DNA from: Pasteurella multocida
Lineage (GTDB): Bacteria; Pseudomonadota; Gammaproteobacteria; Enterobacterales; Pasteurellaceae
Assembly: GCF_900187275.1 (NCBI RefSeq)
Contig: NZ_LT906458.1
Span: 480,001 to 512,000 of the forward strand
Reading direction: 5' to 3'
DNA: 32,000 nt
Positions 14,729-24,502 of this stretch are shown one piece after another (the first letter of the stretch is position 1; each line of letters opens with the position of its first letter). Made by a program: the position numbers and the translations under genes. The notes under the pieces were generated by a model that was not told the origin of the DNA, did no database searches, and was given only the letters and a program-made list of their open reading frames with translations.

Positions 14729-14838
14729 GAAATTATCGATACTAAGGACGCATATTGATAATCAGCTTGAGAAAACATCCTCTGTTCTTTTATGCCTGAT
14801 ATTTAATTAAGCGAACAATAAGAGAGCGGAAACGTGAT

Positions 14839-15582
14839 TTACTTTTCTTTCCAATAACCGAGCCATTCTTTTAACAGCAACATATTTTTGTTCAGGGCAC
14901 CCGCTTGTGGGATAAAATACATCACATTAAGTCCATAACTTTGGGGTGAAATACCGTGCCCTACACTAGCAGGTAAAACCTCGAATCCTTGTTGTTCAAA
15001 AAGCAGTTTAGCACGTTGCATATGCCATTGGTTTGTTACGACAATAACGCGTTTAATGCCTTCTTTTTCGAGAATCTCACGACTAAACAAAGCATTCTCT
15101 TTGGTAGTTCTTGCCTTACCCTCCACCCATGTTGTTGGAACAGAAAAGAAAGTATTGAGTTCATTTGCCATGATTTGCGCTTCTGAAATTCCTTTTGGTG
15201 AACTACCTGTAATCAATAATGGAAGTTGGGTTTGCTTTTGTAAATAAGCAGCATAACGAACGCGCTCTAGCGGGATCGCACTCACCGTCAGCTTGTCGTA
15301 TAACTCTTTGCTATCACGTAATCCGCCTCCAAGTAATACAATCGCCTGGGCTTGTTGATAATCAGCTAGGCTTAACTTGTCTTCAATGACTAAGCTATCT
15401 TCAATCTTATGTGAAGTATAAGGCAAACTAAAAATATAGAGGATCGTGAGACCTAGGAGTGCACATAAACGGCTGAGTTTTTTATAATGTAAGACAGAAA
15501 AGAGCAAAGACAGTAGCCAAAGAATCAGCACATTAAATGGCGGAAGAATAACGACAGTAATGAGTTTTGTGAGTCCGAACAT
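14839..15582 (-). CDS. YdcF/ElyC-like DUF218 family membrane protein
   Basis: N-terminal two-TM region then AQAIVLLGGGLRDSKELYD..ERVRYAAYLQ..PLLITGSSPKG..EGKARTTKENALFSREIL..IVVTNQWHMQRAKLLFEQQGFEVLPA. Confidence 0.85.
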   Translation of the reverse strand: MFGLTKLITVVILPPFNVLILWLLSLLFSVLHYKKLSRLCALLGLTILYIFSLPYTSHKIEDSLVIEDKLSLADYQQAQAIVLLGGGLRDSKELYDKLTVSAIPLERVRYAAYLQKQTQLPLLITGSSPKGISEAQIMANELNTFFSVPTTWVEGKARTTKENALFSREILEKEGIKRVIVVTNQWHMQRAKLLFEQQGFEVLPASVGHGISPQSYGLNVMYFIPQAGALNKNMLLLKEWLGYWKEK

Positions 15583-15699
15583 GTTAAGTAAAGATAAGTA
15601 AAAGGTGTACTATTATTCATGATCTCCCCTTGGTTGTCTATTGTTTAAAATTGTATTGTTGTTAAAATGGCGCCTTAGTTATTTGACCTAGAGCACAGC

Positions 15700-16899
15700 A
15701 TGAAAGCCATTAAAGACAGTGCAATTTATTTATTCGGAGAGTTGATTTCCAGATCGGTGCCTTTCCTTTTATTACCGTATTTGTCCCGTAAATTAGGGGT
15801 AGAGGGTTTTGGTGAACTGTCTTACTATCAAACTTATCTTGCCTTATTTCTGATTATAGTTGGGTTAAGCCAAGAAGGTGCCATTGCGCGTTTTTTTTAC
15901 GTTTATGGTAAACGCGCCTTAAATTTAGTGGTAAATGCGGGATACGCTTATACCTTGTCTATTGGTAGCGTGATCTTAGCATTTTGCCTCTTCTTTAAGG
16001 CAGAGATGTTGGCGTATTTAGCACTTTCTGCGATTTTTCAATCTTTCTTGGCGGTCCAATTAAGTGTTCGGCAATGTCAGAAACAGGCTGTGGCGTATTC
16101 TGTCATCCAATTTCTTTCAGCAAGTTTATCCGCAGGTATCACCGTTTTCATGTTAGAAATGTATCAAACCGAGTTGGTAGAAAAGCGGATTTTGGCGATT
16201 TTATTCAGTAATTTGTTAGTTTTTCTGTTTGCTTATCTTTTATATCGCCAAAAAACACGGATAAAATCGTTTAATTTTCGTCAGTATAAGACCGCACTTT
16301 ATTATCTATTGGGCTTTGGCTTGCCATTAATCTTTCATAATGTCAGTCTATTTTTACGTGGACAGTTAGATCGGATTTTTATTTATCATGCCTTTAGTGA
16401 AGCGGAACTGGGGCTGTACGCGATGGGCGCACAAATTGCAGCAATTGTGATGATTCTGATTCAAGTGTTAAATAAAGCCTTAGTCCCTTATTTTTTTGAG
16501 GGCTTAAAACAGCAACGTATCACATTAGTGCAGGTACAACGATGGGCAAGATACAGTTTGTTATTGGTGCCGATCCCTGCTTTGATCATGTGGTTTATTC
16601 CAGAGCCATTTGTTGTTTGGTTATTAGGGAACCAATTTGTTGGCACTAAATACTATATTGTGCTGTTTTTGATTGCCACGACCCTCGTGGTGCCTTATCT
16701 GATTTTAGTGAATTATCTGTTTTATCATGGTCAGAATAAGTCAATTTCGATTTGTTCTGTGTTAACCACATTGATTTATGTGATCAGCTTATTGGGTTTG
16801 ACCCTCACCGAGATCCAGTTTGTGCCATTAGCCAGTATTATTGGTGCAATCAGCATTTTACCTGTGTTGTATTGGATGACGGCTAAAGTAGGAAAGTAA
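15700..16899 (+). CDS. Oligosaccharide/O-chain flippase (Wzx/LsgA-like)
   Basis: [52 protein letters not shown], a polysaccharide biosynthesis export protein with many TM segments. Confidence 0.85.
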   Translation: MKAIKDSAIYLFGELISRSVPFLLLPYLSRKLGVEGFGELSYYQTYLALFLIIVGLSQEGAIARFFYVYGKRALNLVVNAGYAYTLSIGSVILAFCLFFKAEMLAYLALSAIFQSFLAVQLSVRQCQKQAVAYSVIQFLSASLSAGITVFMLEMYQTELVEKRILAILFSNLLVFLFAYLLYRQKTRIKSFNFRQYKTALYYLLGFGLPLIFHNVSLFLRGQLDRIFIYHAFSEAELGLYAMGAQIAAIVMILIQVLNKALVPYFFEGLKQQRITLVQVQRWARYSLLLVPIPALIMWFIPEPFVVWLLGNQFVGTKYYIVLFLIATTLVVPYLILVNYLFYHGQNKSISICSVLTTLIYVISLLGLTLTEIQFVPLASIIGAISILPVLYWMTAKVGK

Positions 16900-16900
16900 A

Positions 16901-17827
16901 ATGAATTTGATTATTTGTTGTACACCGTTACAGGTGTTGATTGCAGAAAAAATTATCGCTAAATTTCCGCATACGTCATTTTATGGTGTCATGCTTTCAA
17001 CAGTCAGTAATAAAAAATTTGATTTTTATGCAAAGCGGCTTGCGCAACAGTGCCAAGGTTTTTTTTCCATGGTGCAGCATAAGGATCGCTTCAATCTATT
17101 AAAAGAAATTCTGTATTTAAAACGAACGTTTTCGGGTAAGCACTTTGATCAGGTTTTTGTGGCAAACATTAATGACTTACAAATTCAGTTTTTATTAAGT
17201 GCCATTGACTTTAATCTGTTAAATACCTTTGATGACGGCACAATTAATATTGTACCGAATAGTCTTTTTTACCAAGATGACCCTGCCACGTTGCAGCGAA
17301 AACTGATTAATGTGCTGTTAGGTAATAAATACAGTATTCAATCATTACGCGCTTTATCCCATACACACTACACTATTTATAAAGGCTTCAAGAATATTAT
17401 TGAACGGGTGGAGCCGATTGAATTGGTCGCAGCAGATAACAGTGAAAAAGTCACTTCAGCGGTGATTAACGTATTGCTTGGGCAACCCGTTTTTGCTGAA
17501 GATGAACGCAATATTGCCTTAGCGGAACGCGTGATCAAACAATTTAATATTCATTATTATTTGCCTCATCCACGCGAAAAGTATCGTTTAGCCCAAGTCA
17601 ATTACATTGATACGGAATTGATCTTTGAAGATTATATTCTTCAGCAATGTCAAACCCACAAATACTGTGTTTATACATATTTTAGTAGCGCCATTATTAA
17701 TATCATGAATAAAAGTGACAATATTGAAGTGGTAGCATTAAAAATTGACACAGAAAATCCCGCCTATGATGCTTGTTATGATTTGTTTGATGAGCTAGGC
17801 GTTAACGTTATTGATATAAGAGAGTAA
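16901..17827 (+). CDS. GT52-family glycosyltransferase (LsgB-like sialyltransferase family)
   Basis: MNLIICCTPLQVLIAEKIIAKFPHTSFYGVM..NTFDDGTINIVPNSLFY..LPHPREKYRLAQVNYIDTELIFEDYIL..YTYFSSAIINIMNKSDNIEVVAL. Confidence 0.82.
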   Translation: MNLIICCTPLQVLIAEKIIAKFPHTSFYGVMLSTVSNKKFDFYAKRLAQQCQGFFSMVQHKDRFNLLKEILYLKRTFSGKHFDQVFVANINDLQIQFLLSAIDFNLLNTFDDGTINIVPNSLFYQDDPATLQRKLINVLLGNKYSIQSLRALSHTHYTIYKGFKNIIERVEPIELVAADNSEKVTSAVINVLLGQPVFAEDERNIALAERVIKQFNIHYYLPHPREKYRLAQVNYIDTELIFEDYILQQCQTHKYCVYTYFSSAIINIMNKSDNIEVVALKIDTENPAYDACYDLFDELGVNVIDIRE

Positions 17828-17828
17828 T

Positions 17829-18614
17829 ATGCAGAAATGGCTTATTTCATTAGAAAAAGATCACGCGCGTCGTGAGCATTTTTTTGCTCAACCAGATACG
17901 GCGGACTTCACTGTCTTTTCTGCAATGAATACCATGCAGGAAAGTTGGGAAAATTTGACCGCACTTTTTGATCTTAACCGTTTTCAACAATATTATGGGC
18001 GAGCGGTGACTAAAGGGGAAGTGGGGTGTACGCTCAGTCATTTTGCGGTGTACCAACAGATCGTAGGCGATGCCACGATATCAGAAAATGACTATTGTTT
18101 AGTCTGTGAAGACGATGTGCTGTTTAATCAAGGTTTTCAGCGACATCTTGAGACGTTACTGACACAAAAACCGCAGGCAGATGTCATTTTAGTTGGACAA
18201 TCAAAAATTGATCACTTTGAGGCAAGCGAGCTCGAAATTAATTATCCGACGACATTTGCGTGTTGTGCAAAGAAAATTGCCCATTCGTCATTTTATTACG
18301 CATATCCTTATAAAAATTACTTTGCAGGAACCGTGGCGTATTTGATTAAGAAATCTGCGGCTCGAGTATTTATTGAACAATCACAACAAGGACAACGTCC
18401 ATTCTGGTTAGCGGATGATTTTATCTTATTTGGTCGCGATTTTTGCTTGGACATCATGGTCGTGCGCCCATTATTGGCGATTGAAAACCCCGCATTAGTC
18501 AGTAATTTAGAGGCGAGTCGAGGCTCGGTTTCACATCATTTATGGCAGAAATGGCTGAAATATCCGTTGAAAAAATGGTTAGCAATTCAACGTAATTTTC
18601 AGATTAAAGGTTAG
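17829..18614 (+). CDS. GT25-family glycosyltransferase (LOS biosynthesis)
   Basis: MQKWLISLEKDHARREHFFAQ..GEVGCTLSHFAVYQQIV..DYCLVCEDDVLFNQGF..GTVAYLIKKSAAR..WLADDF. Confidence 0.87.
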   Translation: MQKWLISLEKDHARREHFFAQPDTADFTVFSAMNTMQESWENLTALFDLNRFQQYYGRAVTKGEVGCTLSHFAVYQQIVGDATISENDYCLVCEDDVLFNQGFQRHLETLLTQKPQADVILVGQSKIDHFEASELEINYPTTFACCAKKIAHSSFYYAYPYKNYFAGTVAYLIKKSAARVFIEQSQQGQRPFWLADDFILFGRDFCLDIMVVRPLLAIENPALVSNLEASRGSVSHHLWQKWLKYPLKKWLAIQRNFQIKG

Positions 18615-18623
18615 GTACAGGGT

Positions 18624-19811
18624 ATGTCAGCATTATTGAATTTCTTTTATTTGTACGATCCTTGGTTAGCGCATGTTTTTCGCATGGCCTTTTTTAGCGG
18701 TGTGATTGCCTGTGTGGTGTTAGCCTATCGGGTATATCAAAAACAGTTACCACAAGGTATTTTGCTTCCGCTAGACAGTATTGGCGTGATTCTTGCGTTG
18801 ATTTTATTGAGCCTCATACCGACGCTGATAAACGGGACAAACGAGTTTGCTGTCGCCAAAATGTATGTCAAAACGTTGTTACTGTTTTTGTTTGGAGTGG
18901 CGATTTATCATGTATTTTATTGCCATCATCAAGGCAAAACACAGTTGATACGTGATTTAAAAATCGGGATTGTGGTACAAGCCGTCGTGGGTATCGTTGC
19001 ACTTATGGGCGTGGCTTTTATGATTGATTTTGCGTTATCAACGAATACGCTATTACCTCGCTTTTATCAGTCAGAGCAAGAATACCGTTTATACAATCTC
19101 ACTTCTTCCGCGTTTTTCCAGCTCAGTATTTTCTATTTGATGCTGTTACATTTTTTATTGGCCTATAATGCAAAAACGAATCAAATATCACCAATATTTG
19201 TGTTTTTATTGCTGTTTATTGGCTTAATTTCAGGCCGAACTTTCTTTATGTTGTCTGTTGTTAGTATTTTGATTTATTTTAAATGGCGTTATTTACCAGT
19301 CTTGTTCTTGTTTGCTGGTCTTGTGTTGTTCTTCGCCCTGAATTTCCCACAACATAAATATGTCGCACATGCGTTAGAACCGGTGATTAATTTACTGTCA
19401 CATCAAGACGTAAGCAAGATCAGTTCATCAAGTGAGAATTTGATTAAAAATCAGTTGTTTATCCCAACGTTTAAACAATTTTTGATGGGGGATGGTTATT
19501 ATTACACCGCCGAAGGGAAATATTATGGTGCTACCGATTCAGGGTTTCTTCGCCAAGTTTTGTATGGTGGGCTAGGTTATTTAGTAGTGTGTTTTTTGTT
19601 TACCTTCTATTTTGTCAAACGGGTAGCGGATAACTGGTTTGACGGTAGTTGGCGCTTTATGCTGTCCACAGTATTTATTTTAAGTGTATTACACGTCAAA
19701 GCTGACACCTATGCCTTTCCCGGTATTATGCTAGTTTTATTGATGTTCTTATCGTTATTTGGCACGACGGGAAAATACCGTATTTTCTGTCAAGCGCGAG
19801 AGGGGGCATAA
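18624..19811 (+). CDS. O-antigen/oligosaccharide polymerase-like membrane protein (Wzy-like)
   Basis: Polytopic membrane ORF in an operon with a flippase and glycosyltransferases. Large loop containing LMGDGYYYTAEGKYYGATDSGFLRQVLYGGLGYL. Confidence 0.7.
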   Translation: MSALLNFFYLYDPWLAHVFRMAFFSGVIACVVLAYRVYQKQLPQGILLPLDSIGVILALILLSLIPTLINGTNEFAVAKMYVKTLLLFLFGVAIYHVFYCHHQGKTQLIRDLKIGIVVQAVVGIVALMGVAFMIDFALSTNTLLPRFYQSEQEYRLYNLTSSAFFQLSIFYLMLLHFLLAYNAKTNQISPIFVFLLLFIGLISGRTFFMLSVVSILIYFKWRYLPVLFLFAGLVLFFALNFPQHKYVAHALEPVINLLSHQDVSKISSSSENLIKNQLFIPTFKQFLMGDGYYYTAEGKYYGATDSGFLRQVLYGGLGYLVVCFLFTFYFVKRVADNWFDGSWRFMLSTVFILSVLHVKADTYAFPGIMLVLLMFLSLFGTTGKYRIFCQAREGA

Positions 19812-20695
19812 TGTTTAGTATTATTGTGCCGTCTTACAATCGACAAGCGGAAATCCCTGCGTTGTTGGAAAGTTTGCATCAGCAAACCGTAACGCATTTT
19901 GAAGTGATTATTGTCGATGATTGTTCCCGTGAACCGGTTGAGATCAATCAAGAATATGCTTTCCCTTGCACAGTCATCCGTAATCCGCAAAATTTAGGGG
20001 CAGCAGAAAGTCGTAATGTGGGGGCAAGACAAGCACGTTATGACTGGTTGCTTTTTTTAGATGATGATGATCGGTTTTTAGCAGAAAAATGTGCTGTTTT
20101 AGCTCAAGCTATCGTTCAGCATCCGGAAGTGAACTTTATCTATCATCCAGCATACTGTGTGATGGTTAATGAAGGGTTTACTTACCAGACTCACCCTTAT
20201 GCAGACCCTACGTTATTAACCTTAGAGAATTTGCTCCGTGCCAATAAAATTGGTGGGATGCCGATGATTGCGGTGCAAAAATCGCTTTTTTTAAAGGTTG
20301 GCGGGTTATCTTCTTATTTAAGGGCATTGGAAGACTATGAATTTTTGTTAAAGCTGGTGTCTGATGAGGATTTCCAACCTTTATATGTGGAGCAAGCATT
20401 GACACGTTGTACTTTTCATACTAAACGTGCCAGTGTATCCACCAATACTTCACATACGGAACAGGCGATTGAAGAAATTAAAGCACGTTATGTTAAAACG
20501 ACACAACAAGCACAAGCGTTTGAGTTAAATGCGTTATATATGCTGGCGTATCCCCATATGATGAATTTATCACGGGGCGCTGCACGTTATTACGCCGGCA
20601 TGTTTCGCAAAAGCGGGCAACTTAAATATGGCATATTGGCGTTACTCACTTGTCTTTCGCCTAAATTGGTTATTCAGATGAAAAGGTTTATTTAA
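19811..20695 (+). CDS. GT2-family glycosyltransferase
   Basis: MFSIIVPSYNRQAEIPALLESLHQQTVTHFEVIIVDDCSREP..NLGAAESRNVGARQARYDWLLFLDDDDRF. Start overlaps the previous stop. Confidence 0.9.
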   Translation: MFSIIVPSYNRQAEIPALLESLHQQTVTHFEVIIVDDCSREPVEINQEYAFPCTVIRNPQNLGAAESRNVGARQARYDWLLFLDDDDRFLAEKCAVLAQAIVQHPEVNFIYHPAYCVMVNEGFTYQTHPYADPTLLTLENLLRANKIGGMPMIAVQKSLFLKVGGLSSYLRALEDYEFLLKLVSDEDFQPLYVEQALTRCTFHTKRASVSTNTSHTEQAIEEIKARYVKTTQQAQAFELNALYMLAYPHMMNLSRGAARYYAGMFRKSGQLKYGILALLTCLSPKLVIQMKRFI

Positions 20696-21495
20696 TGAAA
20701 TTTTCTGTTTTGATGTCTTTGTATGTGAAAGAAAATCCCTTGTATTTAAGGGAATGTTTCGAGAGCTTACAACAGCAAACTTTACCCGCAGATGAAATTG
20801 TATTGGTGTTTGATGGTCCGGTCAGTGAAGAATTAGAAGCGATTGTACAGCAGTTTGAAATGCGCTTACCGATTAAAACAGTGAAATTGGCACAAAATCG
20901 TGGCTTGGGTAAGGCGTTAAATGAAGGCTTATTGCATTGTTCTTACGATTGGGTATTTCGCATGGACACCGATGATATTTGTGTGCCGACCCGTTTTGAA
21001 AAACAGGTAGCCTATATCCAGCAACATCCCGATGTAATCATTGTGGGTGGACAAATTGCCGAATTTGGGCAGTCGCTTGATGAGATTGTCAGTTATCGAA
21101 ACGTGCCACTTAGCAAAGCCGACATTGTGCAATTTACCCGAAAGCGCTGTCCATTTAATCATATGACAGTGGCTTATCAAAAACAGGCTGTCTTAGCTTG
21201 TGGTGGTTATGAAGATCTGCAAGAAGATTATTATTTGTGGATTAAATTAGTGGCAAGTGGTCACAATGTGGCGAACTTACCTGATATTTTGGTTTATGCT
21301 CGTGTCGGAAATGGCATGGTGGGGCGTCGCCGGGGGCTTGCTCAAGCACAAGCGGAATGGCGCTTATTTAAGTTGAAATATCGCGTAAAGTTACAGGGTA
21401 TGTTATCAGGCTTATTCACCTTTTTATTACGGGCATTACCACGCTTATTGCCCACTTCATTGTTACGTATCATTTATCAATTTTTAAGAAAGTAG
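20695..21495 (+). CDS. GT2-family glycosyltransferase (AmsE/LsgF-like)
   Basis: MKFSVLMSLYVKENPLYLRECFESLQQQTLPADEIVLVFDGPVSEEL..NRGLGKALNEGLLHCSYDWVFRMDTDDIC. Confidence 0.88.
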   Translation: MKFSVLMSLYVKENPLYLRECFESLQQQTLPADEIVLVFDGPVSEELEAIVQQFEMRLPIKTVKLAQNRGLGKALNEGLLHCSYDWVFRMDTDDICVPTRFEKQVAYIQQHPDVIIVGGQIAEFGQSLDEIVSYRNVPLSKADIVQFTRKRCPFNHMTVAYQKQAVLACGGYEDLQEDYYLWIKLVASGHNVANLPDILVYARVGNGMVGRRRGLAQAQAEWRLFKLKYRVKLQGMLSGLFTFLLRALPRLLPTSLLRIIYQFLRK

Positions 21496-21505
21496 GACAG
21501 GTATT

Positions 21506-22600
21506 GTGTTAGTTAAATCATGGTTTCGCCTCAGTGCATTATTGATGAGCCTTATCTTAGTTGGTTGTGCAAATAAGCCGCCTATTACGCCATTAGCGGC
21601 AGGAAGCCAATTCCAAAAAGCGCGTCAGGTAGAAAACTTTTCAGATTATGTGCTCTTTTTAAAACGCAAAGCGCGTGCTGAAGGCGTCTCTGAGCAAACG
21701 CTCAATGATCATAATGATATCCAGTATATTTCCAGAGCGATTGAGCTTGATAGACAACAAGCAGGTCGTGTTCAAAAACGTGATCCTAATGCGCCCGTTC
21801 GTTCCAATCCACATGGCACAACGCATTATCTTGATCGGGTGTTAACACTACGTAAAGTGGATGTGGCGACCTCACGTTATTGGGAGCAACAAGCCCAATT
21901 AGAAAAGGCAAGTCAACGTTTTGGTGTGCAAAAAGAATACCTCATGTCTTTATGGGGTATGGAAAGCAGTTTTGGGCATTATCAAGGGCAATATGATGTA
22001 CTGTCTGTATTGGCTACTTTAGCTTTTGAAGGACGCCGAGAAAGCTTGTTTAGCCGTGAATTTGTTTCTGCCATGAAAATGTTAGAACGTCGTGATATCC
22101 CTCGCCAGAAAATGTTAGGCTCATGGGCGGGAGCGATGGGACAAACTCAATTTATGCCAAGTTCTTATTTACGCTATGCCGCCGATGGTAATCATGACGG
22201 CGAAAAAGACATTTGGAAAAACCACGATGATGTGTTTGCCTCAATTGCCAGTTATTTGAGTACAGTTGGTTGGGATAAACAATTACCATGGGGGGTAGAA
22301 GTGCAGTTGACCAGACCTCTCGATATCGCCTTGTCTGGTATTGAGCATCAGAAAAAACGCCCCTTAACTGCTTGGCAACATTTAGGCGTCGCACTCAAGT
22401 CAAATAGCCTTCAAAATCAAGAAAAGCTGAGTGCACTTTCTGGTGCAGATTTATGGCTTGTGCAACCTGATCGTGAAGTAGGGCGCGCCTTTTTAGTGTC
22501 AAATAATTACCGCACATTACTCGATTGGAATCGCTCAAATTATTTTGCGGTGAGTATTGGCATGTTTGCTGATCGCATTAAATATCAGTTAGGTTTGTAA
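21506..22600 (+). CDS. mltB: Lytic murein transglycosylase B
   Basis: Lipobox LILVGCANKP. YLMSLWGMESSFGHYQGQYDVLSVLATLAFEGRR..AGAMGQTQFMPSSYLRYAAD.DG..DIW. Confidence 0.9.
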   Translation: MLVKSWFRLSALLMSLILVGCANKPPITPLAAGSQFQKARQVENFSDYVLFLKRKARAEGVSEQTLNDHNDIQYISRAIELDRQQAGRVQKRDPNAPVRSNPHGTTHYLDRVLTLRKVDVATSRYWEQQAQLEKASQRFGVQKEYLMSLWGMESSFGHYQGQYDVLSVLATLAFEGRRESLFSREFVSAMKMLERRDIPRQKMLGSWAGAMGQTQFMPSSYLRYAADGNHDGEKDIWKNHDDVFASIASYLSTVGWDKQLPWGVEVQLTRPLDIALSGIEHQKKRPLTAWQHLGVALKSNSLQNQEKLSALSGADLWLVQPDREVGRAFLVSNNYRTLLDWNRSNYFAVSIGMFADRIKYQLGL

Positions 22601-22772
22601 CGCGATTGATGTAAAACGATTGCCTCCCCGTCATCATTTGCTTTGATGTGTTGATTTTTGAGTGAAAAAACAATGCATCAAGGCTTTTCTTTTGTTAGAA
22701 TTCGGTGGAAAAACACCTCTCATTTTATCCTGTTTTTCAGCATTTCATTTTCATCATCACTTAGGAATCATA

Positions 22773-24083
22773 ATGGAAAATCAATCTTTTCTTCATCGTT
22801 TTTTTAAATTGACTGAGAAAAAAACAACCTTAAAAACAGAAATTATTGCCGGTATCACCACCTTTTTTACTATGGTGTATATTGTTTTTGTTAACCCGTC
22901 TATTTTGGGCGACGCAGGCATGGATAAACAAGTCGTATTTGTCACGACCTGTTTAATTGCCGCATTGGGTACTATTGCTATGGGATTGTTTAGCAATCTT
23001 CCTATTGCACTCGCACCCGCCATGGGCTTAAATGCATTTTTTGCTTATGTCGTTGTGGGAAAATTAGGCTATTCTTGGCAAATTGGTATGGGTACTATTT
23101 TTTGGGGATCGCTCGGTCTATTGGTATTAACTATTTTCCAAATTCGTTATTGGCTCATGGCATCGATTCCGTTGGGATTGCGTGTGGGAATTGGTGCAGG
23201 AATTGGTTTATTCATTGCTCTGATTGGTTTTAAAAATATGGGACTGGTGATAGCTAACCCTGTCACATTAGTTGCATTAGGTCATTTACATGATCCTAAA
23301 GTCCTTCTCGGTATTTTAGGTTTCTTTATTATCGTGGTCTTAGCTGCACGTAATATTTATTCTGGTGTGTTAGTGTCGATTGCGGTTGTGACCGGTTTAG
23401 CCTTTTTTATTGACCCTAATGTGACATTTAATGGGATCATGTCTATGCCACCAAGTTTAAGTACGGTCGTTGGTAAAGTGGATATTGCGGGAGCATTAGA
23501 TACAGCGTTACTGGGCATTATTTTCTCTTTCTTGCTGGTCAATTTATTTGACTCATCAGGCACATTACTCGGTGTAACCGATAAAGCGGGCTTTAGTGAT
23601 GAACGTGGGCGTTTCCCTAAAATGAAACAAGCGCTTTATGTGGATAGTGTAAGTGCTGTAGCAGGGTCTTATATGGGGACTTCCGCCATCAGTACTTATA
23701 TTGAAAGTGGCGCCGGTGTGTCAGTCGGAGGACGTACCGGATTAACTGCAATTACCGTTGGCGTATTATTCTTATTAACCATTTTCTTTTCGCCTTTAGC
23801 CAGTGTGGTGCCAGCTTATGCTACAGCAGGAGCATTGGTGTATGTTGGAATTTTAATGGCATCTAGCTTGATTCGTGTTAAATGGGAAGATTTAACAGAA
23901 GCGACGCCTGCTTTTATTACGGCTGCCATGATGCCATTTACCTATTCGATTACAGAAGGGATTGCATTTGGTTTTATTAGCTATTGTGTCATGAAAGCCT
24001 GTACCGGTCGTGTGAAAGAAATCAATGCGCCAGTTTGGGTGGTGTCTTTACTGTTTTTGATTAAATTTATTTGGGTAGGTTAA
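22773..24083 (+). CDS. NCS2-family purine/xanthine-type permease
   Basis: LKTEIIAGITTFFTMVYIVFVNPSILGDAGMD..ALAPAMGLNAFFAYVVV..GTLLGVTDKAG. ATG at 22773 gives the canonical N-terminus. Confidence 0.9.
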   Translation: MENQSFLHRFFKLTEKKTTLKTEIIAGITTFFTMVYIVFVNPSILGDAGMDKQVVFVTTCLIAALGTIAMGLFSNLPIALAPAMGLNAFFAYVVVGKLGYSWQIGMGTIFWGSLGLLVLTIFQIRYWLMASIPLGLRVGIGAGIGLFIALIGFKNMGLVIANPVTLVALGHLHDPKVLLGILGFFIIVVLAARNIYSGVLVSIAVVTGLAFFIDPNVTFNGIMSMPPSLSTVVGKVDIAGALDTALLGIIFSFLLVNLFDSSGTLLGVTDKAGFSDERGRFPKMKQALYVDSVSAVAGSYMGTSAISTYIESGAGVSVGGRTGLTAITVGVLFLLTIFFSPLASVVPAYATAGALVYVGILMASSLIRVKWEDLTEATPAFITAAMMPFTYSITEGIAFGFISYCVMKACTGRVKEINAPVWVVSLLFLIKFIWVG

Positions 24084-24442
24084 TGATGAAAAAATTCCTT
24101 TTTATTATTAGTGCTGCCCCTTATGGTAATGAAAGTTTTTTTAGTGCCTTACGTTTAGCCTTACAGTTACAAGAGCAACACAAAAGTGCGGTTGAGATTA
24201 AATTATTTTTAATGTCCGATGCGGTAACTGGAGGTCTGGCAAAACAAAATCCAGCAGAAGGCTACCATTTACAACAAGCGTTGGAAATTCTCACAGCACA
24301 AGGTGCACAAGTGAAGTTGTGTAAAACTTGTACTAATGCGAGGGGGATCTCGGAACTCCCTTTAGCCGAAGGAGTAGAAATTGGTACCTTATCTGAGCTT
24401 GCAGATTGGACCTTTGCGGCGGATAACGTCTTAAACTTTTAA
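24083..24442 (+). CDS. DsrE/YchN-family protein
   Basis: MMKKFLFIISAAPYGNESFFSALRLALQLQEQ..VEIKLFLMSDAV..GYHLQQALEILTAQGAQVKLCKTCTNARG. Overlaps the previous stop. Confidence 0.85.
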   Translation: MMKKFLFIISAAPYGNESFFSALRLALQLQEQHKSAVEIKLFLMSDAVTGGLAKQNPAEGYHLQQALEILTAQGAQVKLCKTCTNARGISELPLAEGVEIGTLSELADWTFAADNVLNF

Positions 24443-24446
24443 GTGA

Positions 24447-24475
24447 AAAAGTGCGGTAAACTAGACCGCACTTTT
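24447..24475 (+). terminator. Paired-USS terminator
   Basis: aaaaagtgcggt-aaacta-gaccgcactttt: two uptake sequences in inverted orientation between the DsrE-like gene and recB. Confidence 0.8.
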
Positions 24476-24502
24476 CTTATCTTTGATTGATAGCGAGAAA
24501 AT

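Noticed and set aside
6750-14750. Possibility of a CRISPR array or integron cassette array
   Set aside because: Repeat copies are irregularly spaced (hundreds to thousands of bp) and diverged. There is no integrase or cas gene, and units contain ORF pairs, not spacers. An attC-like role for the hairpin element was considered, but no attC core sites (GTTRRRY) are consistently present.
14989-15247. Plus-strand ORFs 14989-15186 and 15056-15247
   Set aside because: Antisense to the DUF218 (ElyC/YdcF-like) gene.
17850-21180. Minus-strand ORFs 17850-18056, 19790-19990, 20208-20405, 20929-21180
   Set aside because: Antisense shadows of glycosyltransferase genes.
22152-23563. Minus-strand ORFs 22152-22394, 22793-23023, 23357-23563
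   Set aside because: Antisense to mltB and the NCS2 permease, with no independent evidence.
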